A stretch of DNA of 64,000 bases from an uncultured delta proteobacterium (GCA_963847445.1 CAWJZV010000045.1:168525-232524); one strand, 5' to 3'. Shown: positions 37,931 to 49,475, counted from the first letter of the stretch. The notes: generated by a model not told the origin, from the sequence alone. Numbers and translations: made by a program.

Positions 37931-38884
37931 ATGATCATCGACGTTCATTCCCATGTTTACCCCGCCGGCTGCTTTACCGAAGTGCTGAAGGATCGCGCCG
38001 ACTTCAAACTCATCGACAATCCGCGCGGACAATCGCTGATCTACCGCGGCACTCATGTCATGTCGATGTCGACGGAACAAGATGACCTGCAAAAGCGCCT
38101 AGCGTCCATGGATGAGGCCGGCATCGATACAGCGGTGCTCTCGGTCGGCGCACTGAATATCGGTTGGGCGGGCGCGCGTGAAGCGGGCGCGGCGCGTGTG
38201 ATCAACGATGGCCTGGCCGCCGTGTGCCGCCAACATCCAGCGCGATTTCGTTTTGTTGCCGTCCTGCCGACAACCGACCGCTCTGAGATGGTGCGCGAGC
38301 TCGATCGCGCTCTCGGTCTCGGTGCCGCCGGCGTCGGCATAGCGACGAATATCGGCGACCATCAACTGCAGGCGCCGGCGGTGCGCCATTTTTGGCAGGA
38401 AATGAACCGGCGAAAATTGCTGGTGCTTGTCCACCCGACTTGTCCCTGCGACGCGCCGCAGAATGATCCTGGAACTTTTCTTGCGGTCGGTTATCCCAAC
38501 GAAACTGCCATGGCGGCGACCAAGCTCGCCCTGGCCGGGGTACTCGCTGAATGCCCCGATGTGAAAATCGTCTGGTCGCACTTGGGCGGCGGCCTGCCGA
38601 TGATTCTGGATCGGATCGACCGCGGCTATCAGCGGTTTTCCAGCTGTCCCCATCCACCGAGCTATTATCTGCGCCGCTGCTACTTCGATACCGCCTGCGC
38701 CCATGTGCCGGCGCTGCACTGCGCACGCGCGACCTGGGGCGTGAATCGGCTTGTGTTCGGCACCGATGTGCCCCATGTGCCGAACACGGAAAAGGAAACC
38801 ATCGCGGCGTTAAACGATACCGGTTGGTCGACATCTGAGCTCGATGATATTTTCGCTGCGACAGTGCGGAAACTTATGGCTTAG
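37931..38884 (+). CDS. Amidohydrolase_2 family (ACMSD/decarboxylase-like)
   Basis: IDVHSH, LVHP, SHLGGGLP, YFDT, FGTDVP. Confidence 0.88.
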   Translation: MIIDVHSHVYPAGCFTEVLKDRADFKLIDNPRGQSLIYRGTHVMSMSTEQDDLQKRLASMDEAGIDTAVLSVGALNIGWAGAREAGAARVINDGLAAVCRQHPARFRFVAVLPTTDRSEMVRELDRALGLGAAGVGIATNIGDHQLQAPAVRHFWQEMNRRKLLVLVHPTCPCDAPQNDPGTFLAVGYPNETAMAATKLALAGVLAECPDVKIVWSHLGGGLPMILDRIDRGYQRFSSCPHPPSYYLRRCYFDTACAHVPALHCARATWGVNRLVFGTDVPHVPNTEKETIAALNDTGWSTSELDDIFAATVRKLMA

Positions 38885-39111
38885 CGCGATTGGTTCAAGG
38901 GTTCAAAAGTTCAATCTGACTGCGGATTCTGACATTGAACCTGTGAACCCTTGAATCTAATATTCCCCGCAGCTTGCTGCGGGCACAAAATTGCTGGGGT
39001 TTCCAAAGGGGGTTGAACATCCCCTTTGGTCGCGAGCGGGGTTCATACCCCGATCGCGAAATGCCCGGTTGATCATTGAACGATACGATCCAGGCGAGAG
39101 GAGATCGCTCT

Positions 39112-39955
39112 ATGATGGTATCCTCATACGATGAAAATCGGCTGCTGCTGATTTTGCAGGTTGATCATTCCAAGATCACCGGTTGGTTGGCGGCGCATTG
39201 GGGCAATGACAATTTCGCCCAACCGGCGCCCTATACCGCCATGGTATTGGCGGCTCAGGAGCATGACACCGGCTGGTGGGATTGGGAGATCAAGCCGCAG
39301 GTCAATAGTGAAGGGATGCCACCGGATTACATCGGCAGCATTCGTCATCTCGGCGGTAAAGTATGGCTCGATTTTTACCGCCACGGGATCGAACGTCTCG
39401 CCGAACAAGACCCCTACGCGGGCTACATGGTTTCGCTTCACTCCGACGGTTTGCTTACCCAGGGTCGAGGCTTGCTGCCGTACATGCCGGATTTCCAGGT
39501 TTATCCGGAAGTCCGTGAGTTCATCGCAGAACAAGAGAGATACCGCGCTCAACTCTTGGAACAGCTCAAGAACTCGCAGATCTACCGCGACTTTGTTTCT
39601 GACGAACAGCTGTGGACCAATTTTAAATTGATGGAAGTTTACGACCAAATGGGCCAATTTGTCTCTAACCGCTATCCTTTCAACAACACCGCGCGCAAGA
39701 ATGGCCCAACCAACACGTTGAGTAATGTTCCGACACCGACGAGACCGGGCAAAGAAGATACGATTCTGACCTTCAACATCCAAGATGAGAGCCGGGCGAT
39801 CGTCACCCCCTATCCGTTCGACATTGATCCTCTTCCGGTATCATTTCAGTGCGCGTCTGGTGCCAAAGCGGCGGTACGAGACCCAAGACGAATTTCTCCA
39901 AGAATACTACCGCGCCGAACGATTGATGATTAATTATTCGCTTTCATCTCAATAA
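39112..39955 (+). CDS. DUF3891-like protein (paralog 2; frameshift near 39850)
   Basis: QVDHSKITGWLAAHWGN, EHDTGWWDWE, PYPFDIDPLPVSF; alignable to 32958 protein. Confidence 0.75.
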
Positions 39956-39983
39956 TTGGTTGTCCTTTCAATGCGTGCGTCGA

Positions 39984-40620
39984 TCACTCAGACCTGAGAG
40001 AAGCCATGTCGATGGAAAAGCGGTACTTCACATCGGACTTGAGCAGTCTCTCGTAGGCTTCGTTGACCTTCTGGATGGGGATGACCTCGACAGCGGCGGT
40101 GATGTTATGGTCCCCGCAGAAGTCGAGCATCTCCTGGGTTTCGGCGATGCCGCCGATGTTCGAGCCGGAGAGATTGCGCCGGCCCATGATCAGAGCGAAG
40201 GACGAGACGCCCAGCAGCTTTTCTGGAGCGCCGACCAGCGTGATGTTGCCGTCGCGACGCAGCAGATGGATGTAGGCGTTGATGTCGTGCTCGGCCGAGA
40301 CGGTGTCGAGAATGAAATCAAAACTGCCGGCGTGCTTCTGCATCTCGTCGGTGTTGCGGGATAAAATGACCTCGTCGGCACCGAGTCGGAGCGCGTCATC
40401 CTGCTTGCCAGGCGAAGTAGTGAAGACAGCGACGTGCGCTCCGAACGCATGAGCAAGCTTCACGCCCATGTGGCCCAGGCCGCCCAGACCGACGACTCCG
40501 ACTTTCGTGCCCTTGGTGACGCCCCAGTGGCGCATTGGCGAGTATGTCGTGATGCCGGCGCAGAGGAGCGGCGCGGCTCCGGCGGGAGCGAAGTTGGAGG
40601 GGACGCGCAGAACGAAGCGT
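39984..40620 (-). pseudogene. NADP-dependent Zn alcohol dehydrogenase (YahK/AdhC-like), N-terminal half missing
   Basis: APLLCAGITTYSP, GVVGLGGLGHMGVK, KSDVKYRFSID present; no upstream GHE/Zn domain. Confidence 0.8.
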
Positions 40621-40884
40621 TCATTGGGTCATGGCCGTGGTCGCCGTGGCGCCATGCCAATGCTTCTCATTCTGCGGGCACCAGACCACATCGCCCGGTC
40701 GTATTGATGGACTCGTTTAATCAATGCAGTCGCTCGTCTCTTTTTGTCCTATAAGGGAATATAACAGTTGCGGCGGCATGGGAATAGTAGGTAGATTTCG
40801 CTTGGATATTTGAGATGTTTTGATAATTGCAGCAAGTGCTTTTGAGCCCAATTGCCGTGGCGCTCAAGGACAAACGAGGAAAAA

Positions 40885-41349
40885 ATGACCAGCGAGTTTA
40901 CTCCGTTAGCAGGTGGATGCCGGTGTGGACAGGTACGGTTCCGCATCGCCGCGCCGCCGATAATCACGATGGCTTGCCATTGCACGGGATGCCAGCGAAT
41001 GAGTGCCAGCGCATTCTCTCTGAGCGCCGCGATTCCGAGCGCGGCGTTTCTAGTTACTCAAGGCGAGCCGGTTATCGGCGGCCTGCACGGTCCGACTCGG
41101 CACTTTTTCTGTCCCTACTGCATGAGCTGGATGTTTACTCGACCGGACGGCTTTGATGCGATCGTCAATATCCGCGTCACAATGCTCGACGATCCAAGAC
41201 CGTTCCCGCCATTCATCGAAACCTACATCAGCGAGAAGCTACCGTGGGCGAGCACGCCTGCAGTTCATAGTTTCGAGAAATTTCCGCCATTCGACAAGTA
41301 TGAGAGCCTCGCCAGAGACTATGCCGCGCACGCAAGCGCTCAGGTGTAA
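40885..41349 (+). CDS. GFA family protein
   Basis: GGCRCGQVRF, CHCTGCQR, FCPYC. Confidence 0.92.
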   Translation: MTSEFTPLAGGCRCGQVRFRIAAPPIITMACHCTGCQRMSASAFSLSAAIPSAAFLVTQGEPVIGGLHGPTRHFFCPYCMSWMFTRPDGFDAIVNIRVTMLDDPRPFPPFIETYISEKLPWASTPAVHSFEKFPPFDKYESLARDYAAHASAQV

Positions 41350-41429
41350 GCTGGCCGTCGCTGTGTCAGCTCGTCGCCGAAAGCACATGAATTAACAGTG
41401 TGACGGCGGCGCGGACTGAGACTTGAACC

Positions 41430-41520
41430 GACGCGCGGCGGTGCACATCTTCGCAGTGACAGGAGCCCTGCTCGCTGGCTGGATGGCGGTGCGGGATAAA
41501 AAACACAAGACTTGAAGCCG
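41430..41520 (+). repeat. Anchor repeat copy 2 (degenerate Bcr-MFS 3' end plus CAAGACTTGA motif)
   Basis: GCGGCGGTGCACATCTTCGCAGTGACAGGAGCCCTGCTCGCTGGCTGGATGGCGGTGCGGG resembles 31311-31372, then AAAAAACACAAGACTTGA. Confidence 0.7.
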
Positions 41521-41580
41521 ACGCCGGCTGTGACCCAACAAAGAGCTAAAAGCGGCCCCGACCTCGTCTCCCGCACTTCG

Positions 41581-42870
41581 TCAACGCAGCGGCGCTAGGA
41601 CTCGGTTCAAGTAATCGGCAACGGCGGCGCTTTGCAGGATGCTCGTGTGGGTTTCGTCGAAGCCACGCTCCGTGCGAGCTTCCTCTTGCGCCTCTTGACG
41701 AAGCTGGCTCGACAACGCGACGATTCCGTCGTTGGGCCCCGAGCCACGAAATCCGAACAGCAGGTGATATCTCATGGTCTCGGGCAGGCGGCGGCGTTTG
41801 GTCTTTCCGGCCGGATCCTCGTAGAAGAGTCCGTCGAGATACTCGCTACCGGGGGCCAGCCCGTACCACGAACGAACGACGATCGGGGACATCTCCACGC
41901 CTGTGCCGGCCGAGGCCATACCGCCCAGAGGTGACGAGATCGTCACGTAGGCGCGTACGACATCGGCTGCGTTGGTCTCGTAGTCTTGGAGCAAGAACCC
42001 GCGTGTCACGAGCCCGCCCATGCTGTGCGCGACGACCGCCGCCCGGTCGAAGCCGTACTGCACGCGAAGGCGAACGAAGAGTTGGGTCAGCAGAGCAGCT
42101 ACAGTCTCCAAGCGGGCTCCGGAAGGATAGTAGAAGACCCAAGGCTGGAAGCGCGTGTGATCCAGCCTGTCGATCAACGGCGCGAAGTCTAGCGGTGTCC
42201 CAGCGATTCCGTGGACGAAGAGCACCGGGATTTTTTTCGCATCGTAGGCCTGAAGGAAGTAGATGCCGGGTCGGGTATCGAGCAGGAAATCGTAGAACTG
42301 CCACATACCCTTGGTGGCAACCTCGCGGCGGAAGCGGGGATCGGCGAGGGTCGTCACCTGACCGGCCACACTGAGGGCAAACACACTGACTTGGTGCTGG
42401 TCCGCGGTATCGCGGGCCTGGAGGTCGCTTAGGGTAAACTTGTCGCGTGTGAAGCGCCCCTGCAACGGAATACGCAGCTCGACACCTTCCAGCTTCTGAC
42501 CGGTAGCGAGCGCAAAGGGCTGGTTCGGGTCGGGACGAAGGGCCGGTTCTTCGTCGTAGCGACCGTCACCGTCGATGTCCTCGAACGCCGCGAGCCAGTA
42601 CGTCCCGGGCTCTACGGCAAAGATCCAAGGGCCTGGCTTCTCCGTCACGAAGTGGTCGAGGAGGAGCGGACCCGACTTACCCTGGGCCAGGATCCCAACG
42701 ATGAGAGGACCCCGCGATTCATGATCGGTCGTCACTGTCCCACTGATGACGGCGTTCTGGTCCGCGCGCCGTTGCTGTTCGCGCACGGTTAGAATCGTCG
42801 AACAGCCGCTGCAAGCGATCGCGGTTCCGGCAAGCGCCAGTGCCAGCACGCCATGACACAAGCTGTTCAC
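41581..42870 (-). CDS. Lipoprotein alpha/beta hydrolase (PGAP1/esterase-like)
   Basis: Lipobox, PVLFVHGIAG, AHSMGG nucleophile elbow, NDG and H catalytic residues. Confidence 0.85.
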   Translation of the reverse strand: MNSLCHGVLALALAGTAIACSGCSTILTVREQQRRADQNAVISGTVTTDHESRGPLIVGILAQGKSGPLLLDHFVTEKPGPWIFAVEPGTYWLAAFEDIDGDGRYDEEPALRPDPNQPFALATGQKLEGVELRIPLQGRFTRDKFTLSDLQARDTADQHQVSVFALSVAGQVTTLADPRFRREVATKGMWQFYDFLLDTRPGIYFLQAYDAKKIPVLFVHGIAGTPLDFAPLIDRLDHTRFQPWVFYYPSGARLETVAALLTQLFVRLRVQYGFDRAAVVAHSMGGLVTRGFLLQDYETNAADVVRAYVTISSPLGGMASAGTGVEMSPIVVRSWYGLAPGSEYLDGLFYEDPAGKTKRRRLPETMRYHLLFGFRGSGPNDGIVALSSQLRQEAQEEARTERGFDETHTSILQSAAVADYLNRVLAPLR

Positions 42871-43185
42871 GAAAGATCCATTAAAAATTTAAACACCTTT
42901 TTCCTGAAGCGAGCTATAGCGCTGATCCGGTGAGCAGTCAATTTACAGTGGTTGCTAGCCGGGCACGGGGCGGAAACGACGGGTAGAGCTAAGCTTTACC
43001 TAAAGCATGCCGCGCCTGTTCTCTACTCTACCGGATACAGTTCACGAGACGAGCCGCGTCACGGATCTTGGGATACACGCGTCGACGAAATCCCGGATCA
43101 GTCGCGATAATTAATTCGCGCCATACGGAAATTTGCGCGGCTTGCGCAGGTTTTCCGGTAACGGGAACACTAGAACATAGGATTG

Positions 43186-43298
43186 ACTCTCGCCAAGGCG
43201 CAAAGCTCGCCAAGTTCTGAGGGAAGAGATGAATTATTTTGAAGAATTTTTTCACCGTTATTTTCCGACCTTTGCGGCCTTCGCGTCTTTGCGAGAGA
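43186..43298. repeat. Intergenic inverted repeat (CGCAAAG-type REP-like)
   Basis: CTCGCCAAGGCGCAAAGCTCGCCAAG ... CTTTGCGGCCTTCGCGTCTTTGCGAG. Confidence 0.7.
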
Positions 43299-43489
43299 TA
43301 TTCCGAGTTTCGGTTGCGGCTGTGCCGCGTTAGGCTGCGGTGTGGCTGGTCTGTGCTTCGGCTTCCATTCCTAAATCTCGACCGTGAGCGATGCAGACGG
43401 TCGCTTATCCCCAAACCTCACGCGCAGTCCTGACGACGAGTTCGAGCTTTTGCGTCTGTTCTTCAGACAGGTAAACTCATCAGCGGATA

Positions 43490-43600
43490 ACCAGCGCTTT
43501 CGGACGAGTTTGCCAGTTGCCCCGAGGTTTTACGGGCGCGCTTTGCGGACCGACCCTTGGGCATTGGTAGACCGACAAACATCCGCAATGGCAAAATCGG
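43490..43600 (+). repeat. Anchor repeat copy 3 (highly degenerate)
   Basis: CCAGCGCTTTCGGACGAGT and GGTAGACCGACAAACATCCGCAATGGCAAAAT resemble 57261 and 45892-45924. Confidence 0.55.
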
Positions 43601-43698
43601 ATCGGCCAGAGCGGAAAAGATTCCCGCAGCCTATTTCGTCTCAAGCTTCGAGTAATTGACGCTCGCATATCGAATCATATACTTTCTTCCTGTCCGAG

Positions 43699-43985
43699 GT
43701 GTTGCAGGGGGTCAAGGGTTTCGAGTGGGATGAAGGAAACGCCACCAAAAACGAAGCAAAGCATGGTGTGACGGAACGTGAGTCTGAGGAAATCTTTTTT
43801 AACAAACCGCTAGTTGTTACCCGGAGTTCAAAGGGGGGAAAGAAGATTCGGTACGTTGCGCTGGGGAAGACCTACGGCAGTCGGCTGTTGACCGTGGTGT
43901 TAACCTTCGCGCGCACCGGATACGCGTGATCAGCGCGCGCCCGATGAGCAGAAAAGAGAGGCAAGTGTATGAAAAAGAAAATTAA
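43699..43985 (+). CDS. BrnT family toxin (frameshift near 3' end)
   Basis: FEWDEGNATKNEAKHGV; IRVISAR in shifted frame; TTGACG..TATACT promoter at 43656-43683. Confidence 0.88.
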
Positions 43986-44256
43986 GCCGGTGCCGAAGTT
44001 CAGAAACGAGCAGGACGAGCGGGAATTTTGGCGCACCCATGACACCACGGACTACTTCGATTTTTCCAAGTCGAGCCGGGTCGAAATTGAATTTGATCGT
44101 GGCATCGAAGCTCCGGTGAAATCTATTTCGCTTCGACTGCCTCGCGAGATGCTCAATCAACTCAAGGTCCTGGCCAATAAAAAGGATATTCCTTATCAGT
44201 CGCTCATTAAAGTTTACTTGGCGGAAAAGATCGCCGAAGAACGGAAAGCGAGTTAG
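43969..44256 (+). CDS. BrnA/CopG family antitoxin
   Basis: PKFRNEQDEREFWRTHD, ISLRLP, KDIPYQSLIK. Confidence 0.88.
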   Translation: MKKKIKPVPKFRNEQDEREFWRTHDTTDYFDFSKSSRVEIEFDRGIEAPVKSISLRLPREMLNQLKVLANKKDIPYQSLIKVYLAEKIAEERKAS

Positions 44257-44521
44257 ATCCTATGGCTTGTAACGCAAGGAAGACCGAGCAGTCAGGGCCG
44301 AGGCAAGGGCGCGGCGCATTCTATGGCCGTAAGGGTGGGGCGATTTTCGGCCATCGGGCGTCGCAGGACGAACGAGACCATTTCTAAAGTCATTGCGGAT
44401 TTTTCGTTCAGGCTGAGCGTCTCCAAGCCCGGAGTTGGGTTATTCAACAGCCGGTAATGCCCTGAACCCATCGGCACCGTTGGCTCTGCTGCGAGTGCAC
44501 GCACAGCGCGGATGTTGCAGC

Positions 44522-45746
44522 ATGAATAGCCCACGACACTATCTGACCGCGATCCGCGCACTGGGTAAGGAACGCATCTGGCTCCTCGGCGTTCTCACCG
44601 CCGGCCATTTTGTCATTCACTGGTTCCAGCAGTTCTATCCGGTGATTTTGCCGGCGATCAAGTCGGGATTGAATCTGACCAACGTCGAAGTCGGCGCTCT
44701 GACTTCGGCCCAACAAGTCGTGGTTGGCCTCGGCCAGTTGCCCTTCGGCATGGTTGCCGATGCCATGGTGCGCCATCGCGGCGGCGATTCTCGCCTTGTC
44801 GCTGGTCTCCATGGGCGCGGCCTATTTTCTTCTGGCGATGCCGGCGTTTATCTGGGCCTTGCTCGGCTCGGCGCTGATCGGCTTGGGCACGGCAATGTGG
44901 CATCCCACCGCCGCGGCATCGTTGTCGAACCGCTTCCCGGAGCAGCGCGCCACCGCGCTGTCGATCAACGGCACCGGCGCGACTCTCAGCGACACGATAA
45001 CGCCGCTGTTGGTCGGCGTGTTGTTGGCAAATTTTTCCTGGCAGACGGCGACGCAGGTGCAACTGCTGCCCGGCTTGCTGTTCGCCTTTGTGCTCTGGCG
45101 CGCCCTGGCCGGCGTATTCAGCGACGGCGCCGCCCCGCGCCAGCGGGTTTCGGCGCAATTTCGCGACGTCGCCGCCGTCATCAAGAATACGGCGTTTTTA
45201 GGGTTGGCGGTTGCGACCGGCCTGCTGTCGATGTCGCGGTTGATCATCCTGACTTTTCTGCCGATCTACCTGCAGGAGGATTTACACTACACGAGCGTCT
45301 CGCTGGGAATTTACATCGCCCTGCTGCACGTCATGGGGACGATCTCGCAACCGGTTTTGGGCGTGCTCTCGGACCGCTTCGGACGCAAGGCGGTGCTGCT
45401 GCCATCATGCCTCCTGCTCGGATTATTTTTCGCCCTCCTGGCGGTGGCGCCGCCGGGCATTCCCCTCGGTCTGGTGATCGTCGCCATCGGGCTTTTTTTC
45501 TACACGCTGTTCAATATTTTCAATGCCGCGGTCATGGACGTCGCCGGCTCCAATGTCCAGGCAGCCACCTACGGGCTGACCTCGCTGATCACCCAGCTGG
45601 TGGTCATTCCGGCGCCGATGATCACCGGCTATTTGATTGGCGGGTTGGGGATCAAATTCGCGTTCGTCTTGGCGGGGATATTTCTGCTCATCGCCGGCCT
45701 GGTGCTCGCGCCGTTGCAGTTGTACCGGGGCACGCAGAATTCATAA
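44522..45746 (+). CDS. MFS transporter (Fsr-like; frameshift near 44780)
   Basis: GHFVIHWFQQFYP, MWHP, LSDRFGRK; ends LQLYRGTQNS. Confidence 0.88.
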
Positions 45747-45940
45747 CGGTGAATTTGGCCTGAGCGCTAGCGCTTTTAAATGGAGCCAACGCGACCGCTC
45801 TCTCGTTACCCGTCAGGCCTTGTGCCGGGCTCGGTGGGTGATTCCGAATAATTGGTCCAAAGCGAAACAACAGCTCTCAGGTTGACCTCGTGGTAAGACC
45901 GACGAAAATCCGCAATGTCAAAATAGAAGATTTGCCCCCG
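45569..45940 (+). repeat. Anchor repeat copy 4 (native Fsr-MFS 3' end plus shared downstream core)
   Basis: Duplicated at 57063; core GCGACC..TCTCGT..CGTCAGGCC..GGCTCGGTGGGTGATTCCGAATAATT..AAACAACAG..AGACCGACGAAAATCCGCAATGTCAAAATAGAAGATTTGCCCCC. Confidence 0.9.
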
Positions 45941-46065
45941 GTTTCCTGATAAGCAGCAAGGCTCGACATTCAGGGCAGGCCCTGTGCGAGTAGCGGAGAG
46001 AGAGCGCGTGCCAACTATTGCCGCCGCCGATCACTAAACGTCGACGGGTGTGCGAGAATTTACCA

Positions 46066-47997
46066 TTATCCGAGCAGGATACCTTCCGGCCAATACATGT
46101 TGAGCAGCCAGCTCATGACCAAGGTCACACCGACCAAAACACCGGTATAGATAGCGGCAGTAAACCAGCCGGTGCGGACCAACCCGTAAAGAAAACCGAA
46201 GGTGAAAAGCGCGGTGGCGATGCCGAAGCCGAAAAGCAGGATCAGCAAGAGATACACGACAAATGAGAAAAGATACCCCAGAGCCAACTTGGTTTTCTTT
46301 CCAGTCTCCGCTGCCGGCGCTTGCGCCGTTGCGCGCACTTCGAGAACGATCTGCGCCGCCGCCATGAAAATTGCCGGAATCGTCGCCGCCATCGGGAAAA
46401 TCGCGCCGAGGTAGGGGAACTCCTGCGCCTCATAAAGCGCTGCCGCGGAGACCGCTAAGACTAAAATCGTAAACAGCACCGACGGCAGCTTACCCAAGAG
46501 CACCGCGTCCTCGCCGGACTCCTCGCCGGCGATGTTGTTGCCGCCAAGTCGATGGCGGACGATCCAGACTATGGAAGCGAGCAACAGGATACCCATAACG
46601 ATGACTCCGGGACGCCACAGCCAATCGAAGCCATAGCGTTCAATCGATAGCCACAGATACTGTTCGGTCGGCTTGGTCAAAACGAAGCCGACGAGGAAAG
46701 GCGCGCGTGGCCATCCCAACTGTTTCATGAGCCAGCCGAGCAGTCCCAATCCGAGCATGGCGTAGATATCGCCGAACTGCTGGGAGCTCTGGAAGGCGCC
46801 GAAAAAAATCGTCACCACGATGGCGGGAGCCAGCTTTGCGAAGGGAAACCAGGTGAGCCGCGCCAGCGCCGGGCTTAAAAACAGACAGAGTGCGGCGCCG
46901 ACGGTGTTGGCGATGGCAAAGCTCCAGATGATGGTAAAAATCAGATCGAGATTTTCCTGCACCATGCGCGGCCCGGGCTGGATGCCGTAGAAATACAATG
47001 CGCCGAGCAAGATCGCGGACGGAGCGCCGCCGGGGACGCTGAACAACAGCGTCGGAATGAAATCGCCGGCCTCGACGGAATTGTTGGCGCTTTCCGGGCC
47101 GATCACACCGCGGATATCGCCCTTGCCGAATTTTTCGCGGTCGCGGGCCATGGCGACCACATGACCATAGGCCATCCAAGAGCCCGCGGTGGCGCCGATG
47201 CCGGGAAGAATGCCCGCCCACACACCGATGAGCGCGCCGCGCACGACGATGCCCCAATTTTGGATTACGTCTTTGACCCCCTGGAGCCAACCGCCTCCCA
47301 GAGGGATTCGCTCGGCGATTTGGCCGCCCTTGGCCAACAGACCGACGATCTCCGCGATACCAAAGATCCCCAAGGCCACTCCAGCCAGAGGAATGCCGTC
47401 CACCAGATACAGCTGGCCGAAGGTATAGCGATCAACGGCATCGGCGGGAGCCGCGCCAACGCTACCTAACAAGAGCCCCAAGCATGCCGCCAGTCCGCCT
47501 TTGAGCGGCGCGCCGCCGGTGAGAAAGCCCGCGAAGGAGAGACCGAGTACGCAGAGCATCAACAATTCGGGGGAGCCGAAGAGCAAAACCAGAGGCCGCG
47601 CGATGGGCAGGGAGAGAGTCAAAAAAACCGCGCCGATGAGGCCGCCGATCAATGACGACAAGAATGCCGCGCTCAAGGCCCTGCCGGCCTGGCCCTGCTT
47701 GGCCAGCGGATGACCGTCGAGAATGGTCGCCGCGGCCGCGGCGGAACCCGGCGTGCCGATCAGCACCGAGGTGATGGTATCGGAAGTATGAACCACCGCG
47801 AGCGATCCGACCAGCAGGATCATCGCCGTGTGCACGTCGAGCGTATAGATGAACGGCAGCAGGATGGCGACGCAGGCGATACCGCCCAGGCCCGGCAAGA
47901 TACCGATGACCGTGCCGGCGAGCACGCCGGCCATCAGCATGCCTAGATGAAGAGGATCGGCGAACCTCTCAAGAGCGATTAGGGCGGCGTCCCACAT
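46066..47997 (-). CDS. tctA: Tripartite tricarboxylate transporter permease TctA with C-terminal TctB-like extension
   Basis: GILPGLG, GTPGS, PESANN, 643 aa including extra TM block. Confidence 0.9.
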   Translation of the reverse strand: MWDAALIALERFADPLHLGMLMAGVLAGTVIGILPGLGGIACVAILLPFIYTLDVHTAMILLVGSLAVVHTSDTITSVLIGTPGSAAAAATILDGHPLAKQGQAGRALSAAFLSSLIGGLIGAVFLTLSLPIARPLVLLFGSPELLMLCVLGLSFAGFLTGGAPLKGGLAACLGLLLGSVGAAPADAVDRYTFGQLYLVDGIPLAGVALGIFGIAEIVGLLAKGGQIAERIPLGGGWLQGVKDVIQNWGIVVRGALIGVWAGILPGIGATAGSWMAYGHVVAMARDREKFGKGDIRGVIGPESANNSVEAGDFIPTLLFSVPGGAPSAILLGALYFYGIQPGPRMVQENLDLIFTIIWSFAIANTVGAALCLFLSPALARLTWFPFAKLAPAIVVTIFFGAFQSSQQFGDIYAMLGLGLLGWLMKQLGWPRAPFLVGFVLTKPTEQYLWLSIERYGFDWLWRPGVIVMGILLLASIVWIVRHRLGGNNIAGEESGEDAVLLGKLPSVLFTILVLAVSAAALYEAQEFPYLGAIFPMAATIPAIFMAAAQIVLEVRATAQAPAAETGKKTKLALGYLFSFVVYLLLILLFGFGIATALFTFGFLYGLVRTGWFTAAIYTGVLVGVTLVMSWLLNMYWPEGILLG

Positions 47998-48017
47998 GGG
48001 CAGGGGGAATTGGGGTC

Positions 48018-48098
48018 ATGGATTACTGGAATGGTGGAGTGCTGGGTGTCACCGACATCATTCCGTTATTGCACCACTCCAATACTCCATCACTCCAG
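48018..48098. repeat. TGGA/TCCA short tandem inverted repeat
   Basis: TGGATTACTGGAATGGTGGAGTGCTGG ... CCACTCCAATACTCCATCACTCCA between tctC and tctA. Confidence 0.75.
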
Positions 48099-48122
48099 TT
48101 GCTCCGTTGTCGATGCATCCGC

Positions 48123-49224
48123 TTAGTCGAACTTCACCCGATACTTCTTGCCCACCCATTCCTTGACGAATCGTTGGGTTTCCGCGTCGATCTGGAAAGC
48201 TTGCTGGATGGTTTTTTCCAGGCGATCGCCACGCAGCAGAGGATAGCCTCCTAGTATTTTTTCCGTCTTGGCGTGAAATTCTTTGTCTTTATCGAGCCGG
48301 TCGGCGGCCGCATAGAAGGCCTGCGGCGCCGCCGCTGGGGCATCACCCTTGATCCAAAGAATTTTCTGCACGGCAAACGCGGACGGCATGAAGATTTTGT
48401 AGGTCTCCCAGAACTTGCCCGAAGGCTTCTTGCCCTTGAGCTTTTCGTACACTTCGGGAACTGTCGGAAGATCAGGAACGGCCGGGTCCCTGACGATATT
48501 GCCGCTATCGTCGAGCTGGCCGAAGCTCATCAGCGGGATCGCTTTGCCTTCCTTGACCAACGGCACCACGCTGGCGTTGTAGGCTGGCGTGGTCTGATAA
48601 TCGATATTGAGTTCGCCCCGTTCAAAGGCGATCCGCGCGTCTCCCTTGCCTTTGAAACCAAGCACGCCTCTGGCATCCAGCTCCAAGAGCTCGAAACTGA
48701 TCAGCGGTATCATATCGAGCCCGATGGCGCTGATCCCGCCATAGATCAGATTCTTAGCTTTCGCCAGGTCCTCGATCCGTTTGACACCCGTGCCGGGAGC
48801 AATGTACACGACGCCGCCAACGGGATTTACCAGCAGCGGCTTCCACTGTTTAAAGTCGTACTTGGCGGCCTTGTCCCCCAATAGGACTGGAAAATAATTG
48901 GTCGCCGAGCTGACCAAAACCATGAGCCCATCGGGCTTCGCTTTATTGGCAAATTCCATCATCCCGGGGATGGATCTCCCGCCAGCGATGTTGCGAAAGT
49001 TGAATTTGGGATTGCCGGCAATATTTTTCTCGAGATACGGCGCTATCGTGCGAATCCAGACATCCGAGCCGCCGGCAACCCCGTACGGGATGATGACTTC
49101 GATAGTCTTCCCTTCATAATAAGCGGCTGCGCCGCATCGCCGGGCCGGCGAACGCCAGCGAAAGCGCAGAGAAAACCAGCCATCGACCGATCGATCGTTT
49201 GCTGTTGAAAGGGATTTTTTTCAT
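48123..49224 (-). CDS. tctC: Tripartite tricarboxylate transporter substrate-binding protein TctC (frameshift in 5' part)
   Basis: YYEGKTIEVIIPYGVAGGSD, KPDG, AFERGE, PDLPT. Confidence 0.85.
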
Positions 49225-49475
49225 GACACCCCCCTGGAAAAGGTTTCCTGTCCCTTACTGTCTTGGCCTGCTCCAGTCAAGAGCCAAAGCTTCACGGTCG
49301 CCCGCCGCGAAAGCCCTAGGCTAGACCGCTGCGCTGCTTGCCCCAAGCGTTAATTACGAGATAAGAACCTCCATGCGCTCGGACAATTTCCGGCGCGGGC
49401 ATTTCGCCTGGCGCAGTTCAGCGGGACGGCAGCGAGTCCGCCCCATAAACCATGATCAGATAAAGAGAACACGAT

